A DNA stretch of 61,020 bases, filler included, from Sphacelaria rigidula (Eukaryota), in the NCBI GenBank assembly GCA_964200075.2. It is 9 parts of 9 records of this genome, joined end to end, with 100 filler letters (N's around TTAATTAATTAA, not from the genome) between each part and the next. Parts side by side here need not be neighbours in the genome. Positions count along the whole stretch, not along the records: positions 6,793 to 13,483 come from CAXNAA020018589.1; positions 13,584 to 20,274 come from CAXNAA020018590.1; positions 20,375 to 27,065 come from CAXNAA020018591.1; 6 more parts are not named here. The stretch is one strand, 5' to 3'. The position numbers were made by a program, and so were the translations under genes. The notes beneath the pieces were generated by a model. That model saw only the letters and a program-made list of their open reading frames with translations, did no database searches and was not told the DNA's origin. Below are positions 11,950 through 23,866 of the stretch, one piece after another (the stretch's first letter is position 1; every line of letters starts with the position of its first letter).

Positions 11950-13160
11950 CAACAAGCGCCTGGCCTACCGAATACTACCCGTCATGCTGAAAACGCTGAC
12001 TGTCACACTGCTTGCTGACCAATTCTTCCCATCGCTGCCTTACCCGGGTCAGCAATTTGGCAGTGACCGAACATGCCGGCCTTAATGATCCCTCGTATAT
12101 CCTGCACCGCTCCTGCGATGCCATGAATTGCATTGATAAATCTCTCTGTTATACGTAGGCGGCCCAGCTGGTTTTCGTGGTGAAAACCGGACGTCATGAG
12201 GTTGAGGGAGCCCCGATATATGTTTCCCGAACGCTTCCGGTCGCTCCTGCAGAAAAGCGAAGGCTGATCGCCTCCCCGTCTGTTCACGCGGCCTCTGGGA
12301 ATCAGAGCTTCCGCAGGCGCCTTCATAGCATCCACCTTCACACCAGAGTCCCCCAGTCATCTCCGTGTACGCACAAATCCAGCGCTGACATGTTCGTGTG
12401 TTTGCACTTCCCGGTCCCTCGCAGTGTGCTTTCCGTGCACCGTTTTCCTCTGGCAGCCTGTACGGTTCATGATATATGGGCAGCCTCATACCCTTGAGTG
12501 TACATGAACATGTTGGTATGAACATCGACATATCGAAAGTGAGCTTGCCACAGGCCTCGACAGCCTCCCCGTTCATGTCAAGTAGTAATATATCGTTTCG
12601 TGATATCGAGATACTGAGCGAAAGTACCGGTAGCAAGCGTATCAGGCAGAGTTCCAACACACGCGTACCGACGTCGAATGTTTCAGCCCTGCTGTATGCT
12701 GTGTAATTATGATATGTATGAGCACGTCACCTCGCACATTGATCGCGTCTCTCGGTCATCATCTTTCTTGACGTGCGCCCACCAGTGCTCAACCGTACGA
12801 CCCACGCCCTCTCGAACGGCAAAGAACCCCGTTGTACCTGTGCTCTGCATTCTTCGCCATTTCAACCAACGCATCCCGTCCTCCTGCGACAACAGACCCT
12901 TCCCCGTCGCTACGTACTCATGTTTTGTGCAGATTTTGGTGTTGCAGAGCACCGTCCTCGCGGCAACTTGCATGGTCTTCTCCTTCAGGGCATTGTAGGC
13001 TGCGCCAGCGTGACCGCACACGTCGTCGGCCACACTGTCCACTGGGTCGCCGCTGGTTCCGATCTGTCGCCGCCCGCTACCTGCGTGCGAAAGACTGACA
13101 TTGCAGAGGAGAAGACGTCGCTGGAGCTCAACGCCCACCCACCACATTCTATGGATCAAC
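11950..13160 (-). pseudogene. Decayed coding sequence, possibly a transposase-like protein with GDQP...GFHH motifs
   Basis: Successive minus-strand ORFs (12707-13159, 12082-12660, 12003-12341); across frameshifts reads GGDQPS..QERPEAFGKHI..LMTSGFHHE. Confidence 0.35.
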
Positions 13161-13583
13161 CTGCGGAGCCCTATCCCATTGCATTCGATAGTTCTTGGCT
13201 TGATCCGTCTTACACACGTTAGTAATCAACAATGTTTCAACACGTAGTACCTGCATAATTTGCGGTACCATCCGAGAGGTTGCGCATCAACGAGCGCGGT
13301 AAATCAAAGTTGGCTTCGATTTAATAAGCGTGAGAAGAAGCTCAGTGCATCGGTGGCGATGATACCCCTTTGCTCATTATCTCTCCATCATTATCCACCT
13401 CATGACCTCATACCGTAACCCTTGTAGCCTCACATAAAACCAATACACAACATGAAGGACGACCACAACAACAACAACAACAANNNNNNNNNNNNNNNNN
13501 NNNNNNNNNNNNNNNNNNNNNNNNNNNTTAATTAATTAANNNNNNNNNNNNNNNNNNNNNNNNNNNNNNNNNNNNNNNNNNNN

Positions 13584-15945
13584 CCCCCCCCCCGCCCCGG
13601 TGTCCAGTAACACCGTTACTGGTAAACCGTGGCTACTTTTGCTGTGGTGCCAAACTCTAGCTTGCACCCACAGTTGCTGTGCATCGCCACCCTTTACTGT
13701 TGATAAACTATTTACGTACACGCTGTCCCCCGGGGACTGCGGTCCCAGGGCGCACCCTCATTCCTCGCTTGTGGCGTCGAAACGGTTGCTCAGTGCATCA
13801 ACCGTCTCGACTCCCTCCTCCTCGTCGCCGCTTTCTGTTTTGTCCAGCCTGTGGTTGAACCCCCGATCTTCGTACTGGCTGTCAATCAACCCGAACAACT
13901 CCCCCACTTGTAGGCTCATCAGTCTGTCCCTCTTCGTCTTGGGCTTTGCTTGTTTTTCGCTCCGGTTGCTTGTAATGATTGAAGGGAATTCGATCTTGAT
14001 CATGGGATTAATTGCAGCCGCCCCCCGAGTCCTTGCTGCTGCAGTCTCGTCCATATGCGTGGTTGAAACACACCCCCAGCAAACGGATGGCGACGTCGCG
14101 CTTCCCTTTGGGCGCATTGCGGGCAGGGAGGAACCCGGTCGGCGGTGCTTCTCCTCGCGTGTCAAACTTGACACGCTTGGTGGGCTTAGCTGATTCTTCC
14201 CTCGGGCGCTCCTGTGCTCCACGAGTAGATGAGGATGTCCCGAAAGGCGTGCCGCCTCGTGGTGTTGACGCCTTTTGATTGCTGAAGGCAGCAACAGAGT
14301 CGAAGTCTTGCCCTTGGTTCTCTTCCTCTGCTTCGTGCATGAGTCGCTTCTTAACTTCTACTAACCCCGCTTATATGGGCTTGGGTGCGGGGCGTGTGAA
14401 TGCTGCAGTAGTGCTGTTCATCGCCTCAGTAGATGTTCTAGAACATTCACAGTGAAATTTAATGGCCGATACAAATTCACTATATATATGATACGTGCGG
14501 CGCCCTCGCTCCTTCATGTCGGGGCTGCACGGGTCTCCATGGTGAACTGGTAAGGATCGGACGTCGTCTTCTAAGGCTTTGTTGGGTGTTTGTAGTAACG
14601 TATGTGATACGATCTGTGCAGTTTGGTCGGGGATTACCAACTTATGGAAAGTACTGCACATCTGTAGGACCAATACTTCCGAGGCTGTCCTCCAGAAGTA
14701 TTCTTCCTCTGCGAGGTGTGGAGAGGCTGAAGAAACCGTGGCCGCCATAGTCAGTAGTATCAACCGATGAGCGGCTGCTACATAACTCTCATTCTTGACT
14801 AATTTCATGTTGTGCAGTGCAGTCGGTGCATGGCTTACACCCACCCTTGCTTCTTCTGCTACTAGCTTCCTGATCCACTCCAGAGCGGTTACGTCTCCAA
14901 ACGGTACGCGCATGAAATTTCCTGTTACTCCAGGTACTGAGATTTGGTTTTCCCTCCAACTTGTCATCTCCGTATACGTCGTAGAAGTAGGCAGCAATAC
15001 ACGCATCAAAAGGTCCCTGCGTCTATCTGTGTATTGATCCGCTTGTGGTTTCAGCGGCTTATTGGTCATGTGTGCATCAGTAGGGACCCTCCAATTCCCC
15101 CCTTCATACGCCGCGAGGGTGGTACGAAAATGGTTCGCGAACAAGACCGCAGAGTCAGTGTAAGTCAGTTCTGCACTATGATCTACAGACCGTCCCTTAT
15201 AAACGATGGTGTCGGTATCTTTGGAACCGAGAAGCTTGGCCAAAGTGTTTGCTTGACGGGACATCGCTTGTTGGTGTTTCAGGACAGCCGACCAGTTGTG
15301 ATCAGATGGGTATGGTGCGGGAACACGAGGGTACGTGGCCCCATACGGGGTCAGCCCATCCAGCCTAGATTGGGCTGCCGGGGTTACACCAGAGGGATTG
15401 AGAGATCCGTAGAACGGACTGCAGTAGAGACTAACCGGGTCTGGTGCGACCGTAAACCTCGAACGACGCTGTGGGGGCAACGGCGGTGGAGGTGGCAGCT
15501 GGGAATGAGCGAAACTTCCAGCGGCCGGGGCTTGATGAGCCCCCTGAGGCACAAAGGCTGGCCTTGCCGACTGAATAGGCGGAGGAATAGACTGCGGGAC
15601 ATGCTGAGGCATCGGGCCAACGTGTCCTTGCTGTTGCTGTTGCAGAACCTGCTGATGAGGAGGTGCGGCCACCTGTTGCTGTGGAAGCGGTCCAACAGCC
15701 GGTTGCTGAGGGGGTGCAACAGCCTGTTGTTGCTGAACAGGTCCAACAAACTGTTGCTGAGGGGGTGCAACAGCCTGTTGTTGCTGAATAGGTCCAAGAA
15801 ACTGTTGCTGAGGGGGTGCAACAGCCTGTTGTTGCTGAACAGGGACGAAAGATTGCTGCTGCTGAGGGGCTTGCACTGGAGGCTGTTGACTCGACCCTGA
15901 TGGGTAGAAGGGTTGCGCTTGCGGGTTCAAGGGGTTTCAGCTCAT
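13584..15945 (-). mobile_element. Retrotransposon gag-protease region (Gypsy-like or tyrosine-recombinase-class), with disablements, truncated by the contig end
   Basis: ATG 15945 (MS*NPLNPQ...), 519-aa Q/P-rich ORF to 14371, same frame continues to a C-x8-C-x8-C-x3-H finger (14070-14002), frameshift, TGA 13760-13758, then aspartic protease motif VTVLLDTGAG. Confidence 0.8.
15690..15845 (-). repeat. ~3 x 51-bp coding tandem repeat (QQQQAVAPPQQQFxGPx) in gag
   Basis: ttgctgagggggtgcaacagcctgttgttgctgaa repeated three times. Confidence 0.9.
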
Positions 15946-18900
15946 CCTTTTGCCGATTTTCGGGTTGGCGATTCGGTACTTGAAACGATAACCTGCACAC
16001 ATATGCCACATGGATATAAAAACATCAGTCAACCGCACTTCATAATATCGACACAGTATCTCACCGTCTCTTGGGCGCTTTGGGTAGAATGGGGTGAGAA
16101 ACATCTGAAGTGGGATGGAACGGACAGCCTCAATTTTCCATCATGGTACAAGAGTGGAAATCAGAAAGGGAAGGTGAACAAGGGGAAACCGGAAAGCAGG
16201 AAAGCATGACAGAAAAAAAAATGATCGCGCGAGACGGGTTCATGTGAACATGCGGGTCGAATTTCCCTAAATGGGGAATAATCAAGGATATTCTGCCGGA
16301 CTTCGGCCTCCTGTCAACCTGGAAGAGCACGCGGGGGTTGGAAAATGTGGCCCCCATGAACCTGTTCGAACGAGCACGGTCTTGCTATCTTGGGCTTCCG
16401 TCCTCCTTCATTTCCTGCATGTAGTGATTTCCTGCCTGTTTGTGGGTGAGCTTATTGTATAACGCACGCATACTACGAAATCACACATATTTCCCGATTC
16501 ATTCACACGTTGTCTGGCTTACATGCTAGCAAAGTGCATATTGTCCTCAATTATTACTCTCGTTGCCCAGCACCAGCCAAGCACTCTGTCGATTTCTCTT
16601 TGATATATATTTTGGCAAAAAGAATGCGTGGAGCCCGTAGACCCTCAAGACCAGAAGCCCCATCCAGACGAATCCCAGAGGTGGTCAAACATGCCCGATT
16701 AGACGATCAACTCTTCTTGTAGTTGGTCGCCAGCGCGTGCAGAGTAGATAGACAACGGGAATCTGGATTGACGTTCCTTGTGCAAGTTTTTGGTGTGCAG
16801 CACTCTCAGTAGTTTCCCACTCGTAGAAGTGTTGAGGTGATCAACGCAGCCATGGGTGGGACACTTAGGGGGTCCATGACCGATAGACTGATAATCCACC
16901 TTCCCAAGAATCGTCGAATCAATATTGCGGAAGAGAAACAATATTATGGTCACTGCCTGAGTACTCTTGGATGCGATCCTTTCATGTATTTATAGCCGTG
17001 AACTAACTACAATACCCCTTTGGGTTTGGTCTATACCATATTATAGAAACACACCCCACAGCCTTGAGCTGTCCTGGCAGTGAGAACCACGTTGAGGTTA
17101 CCTTCATTTTCATGACAATAAGCAATCCGACTAGCAGGGCTTACCCCCCCTGACCAGGAAGTAGGATAAACGTCGCATATTCTTGTATCCTGGTTTAATG
17201 AACGATTCACTGGAGATTCATTATAGACAGGTCACAATGCGTTTGGGTTATGGACGCATACATGCTACACCCCTGCGTGAAATTGATGCTCATTCAACAG
17301 ATGACCTGCTCTCATTGTCTAAAGGCTAAGTGCATCCTCCTCAACACCCTGCTCAACACGAGGCAACATTCTAAAACTGCTGGTTCAGAACAGAACAACA
17401 CGCGGTGGTTTTGCGGCTGCATGTAATGATTTGAACTAACAGCACATGATCAGTTTCTCCGAACTCTGTTAATTGCCCCGCATCGTGTGTGCAAATCGAT
17501 CAATAATACTGTATCATCGAGTATAGCTAGATCCAAAAGGATTCTTTTTGTTCTTCCTTGAAAAGCACACTACATGTGCATTACTAGATTGAATGCCGAG
17601 TCAAGGAGTTCAGCGATATTCTCGTACTGGGCTGTGAACAGTCAATACAGTTATTATATACCGCTCTCCTGTAAACGCAGTCACAACTCAATCATCGGGT
17701 CGCTTGTAGAAGGTATAATTTAATGCCACGACCCTGTTTGAGAATAATTGACTGCCTATTTGTTGTGATCTCCGCGTTTAGCAATCACAGGGTTGCTTGT
17801 CTCACCAGTATACTATCGTAACCGTAACACTATGGCTGCGGGCAACACAACATTGTCCTTTGCAACTGCATTACTCTGCAATAACTGAGCGCACAGCAGC
17901 TATTGCGTGGTCGGCTCCACGTCCGGTGTAGTGGAATGAAGGTTCTCAGCATCTTTCCCGTGGTCCAGTCGAATCAACCATCGTTAATAGAACCAGCTCT
18001 TTCCAGAAAAAGTTCCACGGCTTTTTCTAGAAAAAGTATCAGTCTGGATTACTCAAAGCGAGAGAAGCGCGAGTCTCAAAAGGTGTAACCACAGCTGTAG
18101 CTTGGTGCGCAATGCACTTAGATCGGTGTCCATTACACTCTAATCCACAGCCCACATCAGAAGTCGCTTGAGTTGTGGATACACCCATCGCATCGCTGTC
18201 TGAGAATTGACACATCCGAGATAGCACCGGCACGCTGTGTCAGGCATCATAGTCCATCTGACGTTTCACACTCGTGACAGATTATAAACTTGAATCTAAC
18301 CCTCCCGATAGCATGCGTCCATTTCCATGTCACGGTATCCAATAGCCGTGAACTGAATGCAAACGGGTAGCACGAATGCCATGAACCTCAATCGTCACGA
18401 CCTTTTCCTCCATGGGATACAACTGTCCTGGCAGCACCCGGTTGATTGATCACGTTGCCAAGTTGTTCAACCCATGAACTCGAGCGCTGGCTGTCAATCC
18501 AATGGTCAGATCATCCGTAATTATACTAGAAATATATGAATACGGATAGTTTCTTTGTACATCGTACAACAATGCTCTCGGCACGACTGCTTGTGTGGGG
18601 TTTCCCGTGGTTGCAGACATGCATTAGCTACCTCTCATCGCCGCGATGACTACTATTCACAGCTGTAGCATTGTAGTCCGAACGGGTGTCTTGTCTTCGC
18701 CTGGAAACAGATATAGGCCGTTGGTATCTAAAATCTTTATCTAAAAATCTTTCATCGGTGAACGAGCCTTTGTGAGGTGCAGGGCAACTTAACCAGTTGA
18801 CTTTTTCAGGAGGGTGCACACCTCCAATATCCGCTGCATGCTATACAAGTCTCCGTGTTTTATTTTTACCTCACTGCAAACGGACGGTGTACTACCTCAC

Positions 18901-21239
18901 CCGTGCGTTGTGTACAGCAAGCCTACAGCCGTTTTATAGCTTGGTGTGGAGACGATGTCAGTATGTAGCAGTATCGTGTCTGACCTCATTTTTATGTAAT
19001 TACGCAGGTGACTAATTACACGTGAAAATAACCCTTCACATGTTGTTTTACCGTAACAAAGATAGACACATAAAGCCCAGCGATAAACAATGATCGCCAC
19101 TTTCACTCTGTAGACACACATCTTCAGTGACGCCCGATAAACCCAGTAGGCAGTGATTTAAAGTGTATACTCGATCGCCTGCTGACCAGTAGAGTTACCT
19201 TTACATCCCCAGGTAACACCTCGGTTTTACTTTTTTTTGGTCCACGACCTCGAAGAGAAAAATAGACGTCGTTTTTCGGACGGGTCTGGATTTTAACTCA
19301 AATGGCCCGCCATTATATTGTTAGCTGCATGGGTATGAGCCCTTTTACTTACGTGTGTGGCGGTGCTTTATGTTATCCATTCATTTTACATGTACGCACT
19401 CAAAATTCGACCTCCCGCTTGGACAGCTGACTCATCTTGAAGCTCTTTCCAACATTGTATCTGGTAGCCTTTGTCGTCTGCATGATGTATTATTGTTTAC
19501 TATTTCAAAGTATATAAAGAAACTCGAATCCCTGAGCCGTTGCTACACATCTCCTCCTGCAGCATGGTACCTTCCTGAAGAATCCACAGATAGATGATAT
19601 AGTGTGACACAATAGTCCCGGTTGGAAGCACCATGATACAAACGAAATAGTGTTGGCCATAGTGGTAGTTCACATGCATGTCTCTACTGTACAAGTTGAG
19701 TATTAGAGCGAACAACAATAGCATTTCGATCGTGCAAGTTACGATGTTTCGCTAGCTCATGCATGATATGACTTACTTTTACTATAGGGTTACACGTTTC
19801 ACCATTCCATTTGTGCACAAAGTTCGATTTTACTATCATGCCGATCTTCTTGCATCTATCTGCTCGTTGCCTGAACTGTGAATCAACCTCGTTAGAGTCT
19901 CACCGATATGCCTGAAACAAGAGCAAGCTCACAGCACGTGGGAAAGTCCAACGCAGAACAGTACACAACGAACGTCACGATATCTTGATCATCACTTCAG
20001 GTCGATTCGATTTCTTTTTCCACTTGGTGGGATATACCTCAGCACTCAAAAGAGAGTGAATCCCAGGGTGCCAGCTGGATCGATTATTGTGAAGAACCGG
20101 ATCCAACCAGATGTAAAGAGGCATGTCTATGTATGCCGTATTTTGACGGATTACACCGCCTTCACCCCTGACCACGGTACTAGCTAGTTCCCGCGATCAG
20201 CCCTCCGTGCATAGTGTCGTTTTGAAACCGACGGCCCATCATCGTACTATCTCCATCACGCCACGCTGCGATCCNNNNNNNNNNNNNNNNNNNNNNNNNN
20301 NNNNNNNNNNNNNNNNNNTTAATTAATTAANNNNNNNNNNNNNNNNNNNNNNNNNNNNNNNNNNNNNNNNNNNNGCTACGGTAGGGGTGCACTTTTTTCG
20401 CGAAATTATGTCTGGTTCAGGGACTCCCAACGATTCTGGACGCATAAGAATATGGGTCAGGGCATCCCTGTTTGCAGATTCATTCGGGATATGCCCATTA
20501 ACATTGGAATAGTAGTTCTTGCGTACTGTCGCATATTTTCACAAGTCGTGTTTTGGATGAGATAGAGGGCTCCTGACAATTTTAACCTCAGAAAATATTT
20601 GTGTGCCCCTACCGTATCATCACTCTCCACCTTTCCTCATCGTTCCACCCGCAATGCAGGACTCTTTCTCGTAAGACGTCTTATTTCTTCCATAAACATG
20701 AAACTGTGACTGAGAATCATTTCCCATTGGAGCTTGGCAAGACAAGAGTACCGCGACCCCCCAAGAAGAGGGACGGGACCGGGGGGGCAAATAATGACTC
20801 GAGCACACGAGTCATGCTCGTTGTGTTTTCAAAAAACATCCACGAGTGCCCTCGTTTCGACGAGTAATGACTCGTCCGACGCACTCATCATTTCTTACGA
20901 GAGCTTGGCAAGGCATGGATACCGCAACCCTCCAAGAAAACGGACGGGACCGGGGCTTGTATATATATATATATATATATACTGTATATACATATATATA
21001 AACACATACATACCTCGCGCAAGTAGATTACATGACCCAGATATTTGCTGAAAGGATCATCCCTTCAATCCTCGAGCGCTTCCATCAGTTCGATGCGTGG
21101 GCCCTCGCGGACGAAAATAAATATATTTTTTGTAAATTGTTGGCCATGACGGTGTTTGGTAAGAGATTACGACAGGAACACTTCCAGCCTAACCCGACGG
21201 ACAAATCAGAATTGAAACAAATGTAAATGTGTGCGATAC

Positions 21240-23866
21240 CTGAAGTGGAACCGGGTCCGAGGCAAGAAACCTCGGCTGTAGACAGCACCTCGACACAGCG
21301 CAGCAGTACATCCAGGCCTGTCTCTGTGCCCCCAACCTGACCATCCAAACCAAGCAGACGTGATGATTAGAAATTTTGCAAATGAGTTGAGTTATCCATT
21401 GTCCGCTAAGCGGTCACAAGGCAGGACACCCTGGACAATACATTACATCGTCAGAAAGTGTACCACGCGGTGTATCGACTATTGCGTCTATTGTCAGAAA
21501 GTGTACCACGTACAGTATCGACTATTGCGTCTATTGTCAAAAAGTGCACCACGTGCAGTATCGACTGTTGCGTCTATCGTCAAAAAGTGCACCACGTACA
21601 GTATCGACTATTGCGTCTATCGTCAAAAAGTGTACCACGTACAGTATCGACTATTGCGTCTATTGCAGTAGGCAAAAGATCCCACACTGTACGCACTACA
21701 CTTTTCGACAGCGCAATCTACCGTCCAGGGTGTGCACGGCAGACGTATCGACTCAAGGTCAACACGGACTGCGACAATCCGGGAAGCCAATCTAGATTTG
21801 GCCCGTACTGATCTTGTAGACGTACCGTAGATATAGATCAAAGAGCAAAACAAAATGTTCGCGAAGCCCAACACGTGTATCGGGAATAAACGTGTAACCA
21901 TTTTCCCGCGGGCAAGATTTCACGGGTCGGACGAATAAATCATTCGTCTGGGAATTGCTTGATTTCAGTGTGATTGATTCGTACCGCGTACGAATCAATC
22001 CTCGGGCTTTGTTTTCAGGGTTGCAACCCAGGTACGCGCAGCCCAGGCACGCAGAAATGGCGCAAACGTTGCGTGGGAACCTTTTTGACCATCGGTCGAC
22101 TTTTTTCTCTCTTTCGAGCAATCAGACGTAAAAAATCGTGGATTTGGTGATTCGAACCGGCGATCATTCGCCCGAACCGTGCAAGATTTGATGTGCCTTA
22201 CTGCTACGCAAAATGTGTTACTTGGTGCTTGTCGACTTCCAGCTGATTTTCAATGCACGCGGACCGAAAAGAGCCAGAGAGGTGGCAAGGTCCCACCGCG
22301 CCTCGAAAGTGCGGAGGTGACTGCACTAAGCGATAACAGTTTCTCATCACGTGTAAATAGAATAGCTACTTCAGGTTCTATGATTCAACACTCGGTCCAT
22401 TGCCTCGAAGTACAGTTCCGTTTTCCGGGCATAGAACACGCAGTAGTAAAAAACGGCCTTTCTTTTTTTCTTTTTCTTTTTCTTCTTCTTCCTTTTTCCT
22501 TTCAAGGAAGGAGAAAACCTGACCCAACACTTACTACCCCGCGAGCGCGTTCGTCTGCCGATTACCCGAAGACTCGGCCATACTGCCTCGTGGCAGTCAT
22601 GTGGGGTAGGCGCCTGGAGCATTCGCAAGCCCGGCTCAAGGTAGTGTGCGGATCGGGCGTACGAAAACCCACTATCAACTTCGCGCAGTGCACGCGCCGC
22701 CATGCTCCTATGAGCTTCGACCCTAGTCTTTGGGTCTTCCAGGGGTGCACCAAAGTAGAAGCTGAACGGCTGGCGAGATACATCCAGTCGTGAAGACAGA
22801 GCCTTGCAACCTCGCCAATATCTCAGCAGTCTACATAACTAAGCTTGAATTTGTTTCGAGTCCGGATATCAAGCAAGCGAATCCCGCACCCAGTACGATT
22901 CGAAATGGATATCAGACATCAAAGATAAACGGCAGCAACAAGTACCCAACGCACGACCCACGTAAAACGTGAGCGCTAATTTCGGGGTCTTCATGGCGTC
23001 CGACGTTTCGGGATTTGCAACTCGGAAATAAACGTCAAGCGTTACCGTTCTGCTTTGTCGTTTCTGTTCCCATGTTGTTCACCTGCTCGTAGGATAGATC
23101 GGTTCTTCGTGAGTGTAGCAGGGCAGCGAGTGCCTGTTCCACGCCTAACTCCTGAACCAGAGGACGAACAACAACATCTCCACACCGATACATGAGGACG
23201 TACGTGAGCGAACACGCCTGATTCCGGGGGAAGCCGACAGAACAAGACACACGAAGGGGGTGCGATAGGACGTGAAATAAAAGGGTAAACCGCATGCACG
23301 GGAGGAGCGCGCGGGGGGGGCAGGGGGAGACACCATGCGAGGGCAGATTGGCCGTAGTACATTTGATACTGTTTGCAGCAACAATGTAAAACAGAACCGG
23401 GAACAGAAAGGAGAGGCCTGAGGAAGGCGAGATTTGATGTTGATAACATATCCGTACAACAGCGTTGAGCCTGCGAATGTAAACATAGGAGCGAAGGGTC
23501 GACTGGCCGTCGGCGATCGTTCTGTACAGGAAGCGATTGTTCGCCCCGTCGATCGAGGACCCGCGATCCACGGTCTCTCTGCAATCATGACGCACGCAAA
23601 GGGCGACGATGAGAGCCCCGCCCACTCCCCACCTGCGCGAGGAGTTTCTCTTCCAAAGAATTTTCCAAGAAAAATACCAAGCGTTCCAGGGACTCGCTCG
23701 CCACCAACCCAGCTGCGAGAGCCCCGCGGTTAACCCCCCCCCCTCCCGCCGAGCACACACCAGCCACGGAAGAAAATATCCTGAGGGTTTCCGTTAAGCA
23801 GGCAGGGTCGTCTGAGGTGTGAAGTACCCGAAGCAGCTCCTCACCCAATACACCGTGATCAACGAC
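21240..23866 (-). CDS. SAAL1: SAAL1-like (ARM-fold) protein, three internal exons: 23866-23633, 23217-23083, 21336-21240
   Basis: AG/GT-bounded, phase-compatible exons: ELLRVLHTSDDPACLTETLRIF..LERLVFFLENSLEEKLLAQ / ACSLTYVLMYRC...YEQ / VGGTETGLDVLLRCVEVLSTAE; resemble SAAL1 segments LYDSDPPTLLETSRLL, ICFIMSSSTNVDLL and WLDVYMHILQLLTT. Confidence 0.7.
21426..21733. mobile_element. 308-bp MITE-like element with imperfect TIRs enclosing 5 x 43-bp tandem repeats (21450-21664), in a SAAL1-like intron
   Basis: acaccctggac...gtcagaaagtgta / tacacttttcgac...gtccagggtgt; unit gtcaaaaagtgtaccacgtacagtatcgactattgcgtctatc; flanks gcagg / gcacg. Confidence 0.75.

Noticed and set aside
12003..13721. Joining the protease at 13584-13721 to the ORFs at 12.0-13.2 kb as one pol gene
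   Set aside because: Separated by an artificial linker, and no RT or integrase motifs appear in the 12-13 kb ORFs
14944..15900. 318-aa plus-strand ORF and other overlapping ORFs
   Set aside because: Antisense or alternative-frame shadows of the repetitive Q/P-rich gag
21450..21664. CRISPR-like array
   Set aside because: The 43-bp units abut with no unique spacers, there are no cas genes, and the context is a eukaryotic intron; it is a minisatellite inside a MITE
22566..22830. Additional SAAL1-like exon
   Set aside because: AG/GT-bounded and open in one frame, but phase-incompatible with the 23083 donor; the 21336 exon fits better
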